A stretch of DNA of 37,315 bases from a virus. Lineage: Duplodnaviria; Caudoviricetes. The position numbers and the translations under genes are program-made. Under the pieces are notes generated by a model. It saw only the letters and a program-made list of their open reading frames with translations. It did not search any database and was not told where the DNA came from. The stretch lies in the IMG/VR virus record IMGVR_UViG_3300034945_000003, positions 1-37,315 of that record. One strand, written 5' to 3'. Positions 1 through 6,694 of the stretch are shown one piece after another (the stretch's first letter is position 1; the number at the start of each line of letters is the position of its first letter).

Positions 1-2
1 CT

Positions 3-356
3 GAGAAAGTTACTTTAGGATCTGTAGTGAGTGGAAGTATTGAAAGAGCTAATGACTTACAGAGTTTTAGAAATATAGACTTCCACTACTTCACAGCAAC
101 TTTCTATAAGAAGGGTACTTGTCACATCACTTTTACAAATAAAGCACTACTAGATAAATTCAATATATTTGGATCTCAGAGAAAGGGCTGGTTACCACCT
201 AGCTATGGTAAAAGGTCTTACTCTGATATGTCTCAAGAAGAGAGATCAGTAGTAGATGAGTTCCAAGGTGAAGAAGAGTATCATCATGTGTTCTCTAATC
301 GAAGCGAGTACATTGTAGAGAATTCTAAATTATTACTAGAGGAAGTTAGTCTATAA
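3..356 (+). CDS. C-terminal part of DUF4942-type protein (5'-truncated by window edge; probably the end of the methyltransferase gene starting at 36846)
   Basis: Frame is open from nt 3; YFTATFYKKGTCHITF..LLDKFNIFGSQRKGWLPPSYG matches the C-terminus of DUF4942/methyltransferase fusion proteins. Confidence 0.75.
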   Translation, partial: EKVTLGSVVSGSIERANDLQSFRNIDFHYFTATFYKKGTCHITFTNKALLDKFNIFGSQRKGWLPPSYGKRSYSDMSQEERSVVDEFQGEEEYHHVFSNRSEYIVENSKLLLEEVSL

Positions 357-360
357 CACT

Positions 361-669
361 ATGAAAGAAGATAACTCAACAGAGCAAGTAGGCTCATTAA
401 AGAAAAGAGAGTTGTGTAGAGGTAAGAAGCCTCACGACTTTCAACTAGTAATGCCTGACTATCTTGTAAGAAATAATCCTGATCTATCTCTAGAGCTTGT
501 AGAAAAGTTTTATGAGAGTGAGCAAAGGATTATAGATTTTACTAACAACGAAAGCAGAGAACTTGGGAAGCTTGGTGTCTTTGTGAAGAGATGGAATCGC
601 CCAGTGATGAAGTATTATCAATGCTCTGTCTGTGGAAAGAAAGAGTGGGACTTAAAAATTAATAAATAA
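361..669 (+). CDS. hypothetical protein with C-terminal CxxC
   Basis: Tightly packed ORF; LCRGKKPHDF ... YQCSVCGKK. Confidence 0.7.
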   Translation: MKEDNSTEQVGSLKKRELCRGKKPHDFQLVMPDYLVRNNPDLSLELVEKFYESEQRIIDFTNNESRELGKLGVFVKRWNRPVMKYYQCSVCGKKEWDLKINK

Positions 670-673
670 ATAT

Positions 674-904
674 ATGGCTAGAAAAAACGTAAAAACAAAA
701 TTGAAAGGTGTCTCTTCTTTCTTTGATGGTAGAACAAAAGCAGAAGTAGGAAATCACAGTGAGGTAATTGTCAGAGAGGCTTTTCTAAGATCGGTAAGAG
801 ATGTAACTGACAGCTTTGGGCTTGATAGGTATTCCCTTGAAAGAGTACAGGGAATGGTGTCAATGCTTGAAGAATTTATTAATGTGAGAGAAGAACTAGA
901 ATAA
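674..904 (+). CDS. hypothetical protein
   Basis: ATG ORF tiling between neighbours with 4-5 nt gaps. Confidence 0.7.
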   Translation: MARKNVKTKLKGVSSFFDGRTKAEVGNHSEVIVREAFLRSVRDVTDSFGLDRYSLERVQGMVSMLEEFINVREELE

Positions 905-909
905 AATAT

Positions 910-1137
910 ATGACAAAAGAATTAGTATGTGTGCAATGTGGGGATGTGAATCAGGGGAAGACAATTACAAAGGGGTCTATAATCATAGAAATCATCCTAT
1001 GGCTTTGCTTTCTATTCCCTGGGCTTATCTACTCTATATGGAGACTTACTACTCGCTATAGGGCTTGTAGGCTCTGTGGGGGTAGTACTTTAATCCCGGT
1101 AGATTCTCCGGCAGGAAAGAGAATCTTAAAAGATTAA
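910..1137 (+). CDS. small membrane protein, CxxC-hydrophobic-CxxC (LITAF/Pmp3-like architecture)
   Basis: CVQC..IIIEIILWLCFLFPGLIYSIWRL..CRLC. Confidence 0.7.
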   Translation: MTKELVCVQCGDVNQGKTITKGSIIIEIILWLCFLFPGLIYSIWRLTTRYRACRLCGGSTLIPVDSPAGKRILKD

Positions 1138-1138
1138 T

Positions 1139-1300
1139 ATGGTGGTCCAGAGACTAGAAGAAATCCCTGGAATATGCGAGAACAGTAAATGTGAGTATGC
1201 TCATAGCTTTGAGCTTTACGACTCTGAGAAAGTGAAGAAAGACAGTACTGGTGATTATGTAAAATGTTATGGATGTAAGCAGAAAATATATCTAGACTAA
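1139..1300 (+). CDS. 53-aa Cys-rich zinc-ribbon-like protein (not in ORF track)
   Basis: Hand translation MVVQRLEEIPGICENSKCEYAHSFELYDSEKVKKDSTGDYVKCYGCKQKIYLD*; fills the gap exactly (1 nt either side). Confidence 0.7.
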   Translation: MVVQRLEEIPGICENSKCEYAHSFELYDSEKVKKDSTGDYVKCYGCKQKIYLD

Positions 1301-1301
1301 T

Positions 1302-1943
1302 ATGCAAGATTCACAAATCGAAAAACTAAAAGAGAAAGGACTTTTCGGAAGTACATTAGATCCTTTATGGGATGGAGAGATGCACAAGTGTTGTGGAAGT
1401 ACTAGATCCTTTTATCACAGGAAAGGATGTAAGCTCTGCTCAGATTCACTAGAGAACGGAAAGCTTAATATCAGAGTATTCAAGAATGAAGTAGGGAATG
1501 AGGTGAGACTCAACAAGCATCTCAAGAGAAAGAATAATGATATTGTAGCTGCTATGTACGCAATGTACTGCTTGCCTAAGTCTCTAGAAGAAGTAGGAAA
1601 GGCTTATAGAAAATCTAGACAATGTATTTATGATCTATTCCACTCTAGAGGTTATCCTCTCCGATCTAAGCAGCTAAAAGGTCTTACTGTGGTAGATGGA
1701 ATAAAGTTTACTCTTACTAGAGGTGGATACTTGAGAGGTACTGTAAATAAAAAAAGAGTACTTTTGCATCAGTATATTTGGGTGAAGCATCATGGTGAGA
1801 TTCCTAAGGGTCATGTTCTCTTTTTTATAGATCACAACCATCAAAATGTTTCTATTGAGAATCTAAAAGCTATCCCTAAGAGCATGATGAGTGTATACTT
1901 TAATCCATCAGGGAATAATCAATTTACAAAAAAGAAAGTATGA
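1302..1943 (+). CDS. HNH-like endonuclease-family protein with N-terminal Cys/His motif and central HTH-like segment
   Basis: GGYLRG..LHQYIWVKHHGEIPKGHVLFFIDHNHQNVSIENL is an HNH_3-type pattern; SLEEVGKAYRKSRQCIYDL is HTH-like. Confidence 0.7.
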   Translation: MQDSQIEKLKEKGLFGSTLDPLWDGEMHKCCGSTRSFYHRKGCKLCSDSLENGKLNIRVFKNEVGNEVRLNKHLKRKNNDIVAAMYAMYCLPKSLEEVGKAYRKSRQCIYDLFHSRGYPLRSKQLKGLTVVDGIKFTLTRGGYLRGTVNKKRVLLHQYIWVKHHGEIPKGHVLFFIDHNHQNVSIENLKAIPKSMMSVYFNPSGNNQFTKKKV

Positions 1944-2518
1944 AAAAGCTCTCGATAGTAATCATGGCTCATCCTAGCCGAGCTAAATTTATACCATACC
2001 TAAAAGAAATGTTAGGAGATGACATACCTGTAGTTTTTGATGAGAAGAATAATATTTGGGATACGTGCAGGAGGGCTTGGTTTGCGCAAGACTTTAGCTG
2101 TGAATATGGGGTAGTGATTCAAGATGACTGTATCATCACTCGCAATTTCAGAAAGAAAGCAGAGAAGCTTTTAACTGAAGATTTTATTTACTCTTTTTAT
2201 GCAGGAGAGATGTTAAGAGAAAAGATAAGGATAGCTCTACACTACAAGAGTGATAGAGTAATAAGCTCTATGATCTTTAATGAAGTGGCTCTCTGTATGA
2301 AGATGTCTAGAGTAAAAGACATGGTGAAATTCTGTGACGAAAGAGAAGCACAGACAGATCATGAAATAGTGAAGTATGCTCGTTCTCAAAATCTTAAAGT
2401 CTGCTATACACTTCCTAGCTTGGTAGATCATAGAGACACAGAAAGTATTTGGAGAAAGATGCAAGGGGGTAAAGTGTTTAGTAGTAAGCCACGTAAAGCT
2501 GTAAAATTTTTATCATGA
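1940..2518 (+). CDS. putative glycosyltransferase (GT-A fold)
   Basis: SIVIMAHPSR N-terminal strand, VVIQDDC acidic motif, PSLVDH motif. Confidence 0.65.
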   Translation: MKKLSIVIMAHPSRAKFIPYLKEMLGDDIPVVFDEKNNIWDTCRRAWFAQDFSCEYGVVIQDDCIITRNFRKKAEKLLTEDFIYSFYAGEMLREKIRIALHYKSDRVISSMIFNEVALCMKMSRVKDMVKFCDEREAQTDHEIVKYARSQNLKVCYTLPSLVDHRDTESIWRKMQGGKVFSSKPRKAVKFLS

Positions 2519-3255
2519 CAACAATTAAAAAAGGTAAAGTATTACCATACCAGATAAAAAATAATACTCTCACAACAGCTTTTATTATTCGTATGCACTT
2601 TAAGAAAGAAGATCCACGCTGGTCTTGGAGACTAGCATACTTTCAGAGTATTGTACTTCCTAAGATTCTCTCTCAAAGAGATCAAGACTTTGATATTTGT
2701 ATCCGGGCAAATAAGCATCACGAAAAAGAGTTACTAGCACTATCTCCAAAGATTAAAGTATTTGATGTAGATCCTAAAAAGAAGAATTGGGTGAAGCCGG
2801 GATATGAAGCTAAGATTAAGAAGTACTTTGTAGACTTTGTAAACTTTGAGGATATTATAGGACTTGATAGATATGATATTCAGATAGGAATAGACTCTGA
2901 TGACATGCCTATACGAGATGACTTTGTTACTAGAATAAAAAAAGAGGTGGAGAAAGATAGAGAGAGATCATTACATATCTCTTTTCAGCCTCAGATATTC
3001 CAGCCATCCACTTTAAGAGTGTATGAGTGTCCTTTTGAGTATGGTGTCTCTACTCTTAAAGGATCTCCTGTCTTTGCGATCTATCAGCCACTAAAAGGTA
3101 AAGGATATATGTACGCTTATGAGGACTCTCATTTGCTACTTCCTAGATACATGAATAAGGCTATTCGAATTGAGGATGACTACTGTGTATACTCAGTACA
3201 TGAATGTAACTCTTCTACTAGTCTTAATAGAAATTCTAAGCAAATAATGATATGA
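2515..3255 (+). CDS. putative glycosyltransferase (GT-A, rhamnosyltransferase-like)
   Basis: WRLAYFQSIVLPKILSQRDQDF and IDSDD motifs, C-terminal VHECNSS. Confidence 0.6.
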   Translation: MTTIKKGKVLPYQIKNNTLTTAFIIRMHFKKEDPRWSWRLAYFQSIVLPKILSQRDQDFDICIRANKHHEKELLALSPKIKVFDVDPKKKNWVKPGYEAKIKKYFVDFVNFEDIIGLDRYDIQIGIDSDDMPIRDDFVTRIKKEVEKDRERSLHISFQPQIFQPSTLRVYECPFEYGVSTLKGSPVFAIYQPLKGKGYMYAYEDSHLLLPRYMNKAIRIEDDYCVYSVHECNSSTSLNRNSKQIMI

Positions 3256-3989
3256 GAAAAATGAAATTCTATCGTTATCCTCATCCGTCAAATGTAGGGG
3301 ATACACTCACTCCATTCATTCTGAATCACTTTGTAAAAGATGTGGATTTCTCTCAAGTAAGAGAAGCAGAAAGTGGTAAACTTATAGCAGTAGGAAGCAT
3401 CATGAGGGTAATAAAGCCGGGAGACACAATATGGGGGTCAGGTGTCATGCGTGAGACAGATCAATTCCCACAAGCTAAAGACTGTACCTTTCTAGCAGTA
3501 AGAGGAAAACTATCAAGGGATATTTTAATAAGAGACGGTGGGAAAGTTCCGGCAGTCTATGGAGATCCTGCAATACTTCTACCCCTCATGTATAATCCAA
3601 AAATTGAAAGGACTCACAAAGTAGGTATCATCCCTCACTTTGTAGACACTCATCTTATTACAAAGCAATTTGGAAATAAGTTAGCAGGACATTCAGACTG
3701 GAAGATTATAGATGTTTTTCTACCCTATGAAGAGTTTATTAATGAAGTACTAAGCTGTGAGAAAGTAATCTCTAGCTCTCTACATGGATTAATTATTGCT
3801 GAAGCTTACGGCCTAGAAGCTGAGTGGGTAGTATTGAGTGAGAAAGTCATAGGTAATGGCTTCAAATTCAGAGACTATCTTACAGGCACAAATAGAGATC
3901 CACAGGGTCCAGGACTATTCCCTAAACTCGACATGAAGCTACTTACTAAATTGCAAAACAATTTATTAAAAGCCCTAGAGAAAATATAA
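3252..3989 (+). CDS. polysaccharide pyruvyl transferase family protein (ExoV-like)
   Basis: NVGD, AVGSI, IWGSG, AVRGKLS, GDPAILLP, GIIPHF, SSSLHGLIIAEAYG, FKFRDY motifs. Confidence 0.9.
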   Translation: MRKMKFYRYPHPSNVGDTLTPFILNHFVKDVDFSQVREAESGKLIAVGSIMRVIKPGDTIWGSGVMRETDQFPQAKDCTFLAVRGKLSRDILIRDGGKVPAVYGDPAILLPLMYNPKIERTHKVGIIPHFVDTHLITKQFGNKLAGHSDWKIIDVFLPYEEFINEVLSCEKVISSSLHGLIIAEAYGLEAEWVVLSEKVIGNGFKFRDYLTGTNRDPQGPGLFPKLDMKLLTKLQNNLLKALEKI

Positions 3990-3992
3990 ACT

Positions 3993-4244
3993 ATGGAGAC
4001 AGAGTGTCCTGGTAACAAAGGCGCTTACGATAAGAGGGGAGCAATCACAGTCGCTAATCAAAGATACAAGAAAGAGCATAAGAAGTTGAGTATCTATCCA
4101 TGTGGAGATCATTGGCACGTTACTCATCATCTACATGGTAACTGGAAGAGAAATAGAAAGGATAATAGGGATAGAAAGAAGATGCCTATAATCAAGAAAA
4201 AGATATACACTCCACCTGAGGAAATAGATGACTTGCTTTATTGA
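3993..4244 (+). CDS. hypothetical basic protein with Cys/His motif
   Basis: CPGNKGAY...IYPCGDHWHVT pattern seen in small phage proteins. Confidence 0.65.
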   Translation: METECPGNKGAYDKRGAITVANQRYKKEHKKLSIYPCGDHWHVTHHLHGNWKRNRKDNRDRKKMPIIKKKIYTPPEEIDDLLY

Positions 4245-4249
4245 AAATT

Positions 4250-4258
4250 TGCTATACT
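4250..4258 (+). promoter_or_regulatory. extended -10 promoter for the 4265-4696 cassette
   Basis: TGcTATACT. Confidence 0.55.
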
Positions 4259-4280
4259 AAAGAAAGAATAGTACATCAGA

Positions 4281-4353
4281 AATGGTGTATCTATATGGGG
4301 CTAGAGAGAGGTATCCTAGGTACTAATTTCTACCCCTTTATAGCTACATCATT
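4281..4353 (+). promoter_or_regulatory. long imperfect RNA hairpin in the 5' leader
   Basis: AATGGTGTATCTATATGGGGCTAGAGA pairs with TTTCTACCCCTTTATAGCTACATCATT (several G-U pairs and mismatches). Confidence 0.65.
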
Positions 4354-4427
4354 CACAAGGGGGTCAATCAATAAGCGAAGATAACCAGCTCTTCCACCTC
4401 CGCCACTTTTTCATAAAGGAGATAGCC

Positions 4428-4622
4428 ATGCAGAGTAAAACAGATCAGACAGTCGCAAGGCTCATCTCTCTTATCAAGGAGACTGTGCCAAGCGCAAAGA
4501 TGGAAGGACACATCTGGTACGACGTTACAGATCAGGGACTAGAGGCTGAAGTAAAGCTATTGAGATTAAAGGGAGAGCTAGCAGAACATCCCTTAGTCTC
4601 AACTCTAGTGAGATTCAACTAA
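4428..4622 (+). CDS. 64-aa hypothetical protein; the only gene where I saw a clear SD
   Basis: AAGGAG 6 nt before ATG. Confidence 0.65.
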   Translation: MQSKTDQTVARLISLIKETVPSAKMEGHIWYDVTDQGLEAEVKLLRLKGELAEHPLVSTLVRFN

Positions 4623-4669
4623 CAGAAAGCGAGGTGATCCATATCTTGACTGCTAGGAATAGACTAGCA

Positions 4670-4696
4670 AGCATCTCTCACAAGGAGGTGCTTTTA
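4670..4696 (+). terminator. intrinsic terminator
   Basis: AGCATCTC-tcacaag-GAGGTGCT followed by TTTATT. Confidence 0.65.
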
Positions 4697-4742
4697 TTAT
4701 CCACGATATGCACTATACTTTTCTCTCTTTATCGAGTAAAAT
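4697..4742 (+). promoter_or_regulatory. promoter of packaging genes (leaderless terS)
   Basis: TTATCCACG box, TATACT(4714)-17 nt-TAAAAT(4737), ATG 6 nt after the -10. Confidence 0.6.
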
Positions 4743-4748
4743 GTATAA

Positions 4749-5210
4749 ATGAAGCAAGACACTAAGACAACAAAAAACTCGGTAAAAACTGGGAAAGATG
4801 AAAAGAAGCCTGTAGGAAGAGAAATAGGTTATGCAAATCTTATTCCAGGAGCAAATAAGAAAGGACGTCCAAAGGGAAAGCTTAATTATAATACTCGCTT
4901 TGATCTAGCTGTAGACTTCTTAGCAGAGCAGTTGGTACTCAAGCACAATGCAGATCCAAAGAATAAGAACAAGCAACTAAAGCTAGATGATGTAGACATC
5001 AATAATGATCTCTTTGCTCAAGCTATTCAGAAAGCTAGAAACGGTAGTGAGAAGATGCTTATAGATATTTTTGATAGACGATATGGTAAGGCTACACAAC
5101 CTATAGAACTCTCAGGAAAAGATGGAGATCCTATTCAGTATGAGATAGAGATGAAAGAAGCTGAGGGTAGACTAAAGAAATTCCAAAATAAGTGGTTTAA
5201 GAAGAAATAA
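4749..5210 (+). CDS. terS: terminase small subunit
   Basis: NKKGRPKG motif, DRRYGKATQPIELSGKDGDPI tail, directly upstream of terL. Confidence 0.8.
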   Translation: MKQDTKTTKNSVKTGKDEKKPVGREIGYANLIPGANKKGRPKGKLNYNTRFDLAVDFLAEQLVLKHNADPKNKNKQLKLDDVDINNDLFAQAIQKARNGSEKMLIDIFDRRYGKATQPIELSGKDGDPIQYEIEMKEAEGRLKKFQNKWFKKK

Positions 5211-5214
5211 GCCT

Positions 5215-6666
5215 ATGGCTATTATCGAGCTTACAGATGAGGGAATAAAAGGAATGGCGAGAGATCGCTTTGCAAGAATCAATATATGTAAAGATTCTTT
5301 TTTCCACTTCCTGATGAATTATCTACAAGAGGACTTTGAGCTAGATCCTGCTGACTTTCATAAAGAGATGATAGATGCTCTAGACTCAGTAGACGATCTA
5401 GACAAGTACCTTGCTATCTTAGGATTTCGTGGAAGTGCTAAGTCTACAATTCTAGAAGCTTTTGCTTTATGGTCTTTGATTAATGGAAAGCATAATCTTA
5501 TTGTGTACATCCGATCTACTATTGATGATGCAAAGATGACACTTGCTAATATTCGAAACAGAATTGAAGAGAGTCCACAGCTACAGAAAGATTTTAATAT
5601 AACGCTTGATGATACTAAGGCTCATAACTTCAGAGAGAAGTGGAGTGAATCACAAATTACAATAGGTAACTGTACAATGATCGCTCGTTCTAGAGGGCAA
5701 AAGATTCGTGGTATGAAGTTTAAGAAAGCTCGTATTGACTTAATCATCGGGGATGACTTGGAAGATGTGAAAGATGCAGACTCTAAAGAGAAGCGTGAAG
5801 CTACTCGTAAATGGTTTTTTGCTGAAGTACTTCCTGCTACAAAGCAAGGTGTCCTTTCGGATAATGTGAAAGTTGTTTTGCTTGGTAACTTAGTGCATCG
5901 AGACTGTCTCATTAAACATCTCTCAAAGAGTAAGACTGTAAAAGTCTTAGAGTTTTGGATCTATGACGAGAATGGAAAGATTACATGGGAGGGTTTGTAT
6001 CCTAATGAGGAAGCTGTACAGAAAGAAAAAGAAAAGGTGATGATGGCTGGTGAGGGATTAGGTTTAGTTATTTGGGCTAGAGAGTATCTAGGAAAGGAAG
6101 TAGACAGCGAGGATATGGTGCTCAAGATGGAGGACATTCAATACTACCCGGATGAATGGCTACAGAGAACGCCATCACAAGCAGGAGTAGGAATAGACTT
6201 TGCTATCTCTAAGAAAGAGACAGCCGATTATACAGCTATGGTGAAAGGTGTAGATGTTAAGAATGATGATGGAGAAAGAAAGCTATTGGTGATGAAAGGA
6301 AACGTAGAGCAGAGACTCGGCTTTGAAGAGACTATCAAGAAAGCTGTGGAGATAAATGAGATCATGCCTCATGGCACAAAGTTCTATCCTGAGAAAGTGG
6401 GGTATCAAGAAGCAGCTCATGAGATCATGAAAAAGAATGGTCTTACAGTTGTTCCTATGTCAGCAGTAGGAGATAAGAAAGCTCGTATTGCTTCAGCTTG
6501 TTTTTATGTGAAGAGTGGCAGAGTTCTCTTTCCTAGAGAGGGGGCTGAGAATGTTATTAATAATCTCACAGGCTTTGGAATTGAAGAGCATGATGACTTA
6601 GCAGATGCTTTTGCTTACATGGTGCTTGGTATGGTAAAGAAAGGTGGGGGTATCCTGTTTGGGTAA
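5215..6666 (+). CDS. terL: terminase large subunit
   Basis: Walker A GFRGSAKS, Walker B LIIGDDLE, nuclease motifs GIDFA and HDDLADA. Confidence 0.95.
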   Translation: MAIIELTDEGIKGMARDRFARINICKDSFFHFLMNYLQEDFELDPADFHKEMIDALDSVDDLDKYLAILGFRGSAKSTILEAFALWSLINGKHNLIVYIRSTIDDAKMTLANIRNRIEESPQLQKDFNITLDDTKAHNFREKWSESQITIGNCTMIARSRGQKIRGMKFKKARIDLIIGDDLEDVKDADSKEKREATRKWFFAEVLPATKQGVLSDNVKVVLLGNLVHRDCLIKHLSKSKTVKVLEFWIYDENGKITWEGLYPNEEAVQKEKEKVMMAGEGLGLVIWAREYLGKEVDSEDMVLKMEDIQYYPDEWLQRTPSQAGVGIDFAISKKETADYTAMVKGVDVKNDDGERKLLVMKGNVEQRLGFEETIKKAVEINEIMPHGTKFYPEKVGYQEAAHEIMKKNGLTVVPMSAVGDKKARIASACFYVKSGRVLFPREGAENVINNLTGFGIEEHDDLADAFAYMVLGMVKKGGGILFG

Positions 6667-6694
6667 TTAGTGGTATTCGTTGTACAATATATCT

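Noticed and set aside
4359-4405. tRNA/tmRNA-like element (GGGGGT...ACCTCC-GCCA with a G-U third pair)
   Set aside because: Only 47 nt with no T-arm (no TTCGA), D-arm or anticodon arm; kept only as one possible pairing in the cassette
4646-4765. 39-codon TTG ORF downstream of the 16S-complementary motif
   Set aside because: Runs through a terminator and the terS promoter and overlaps terS; no supporting features, though not strictly excluded
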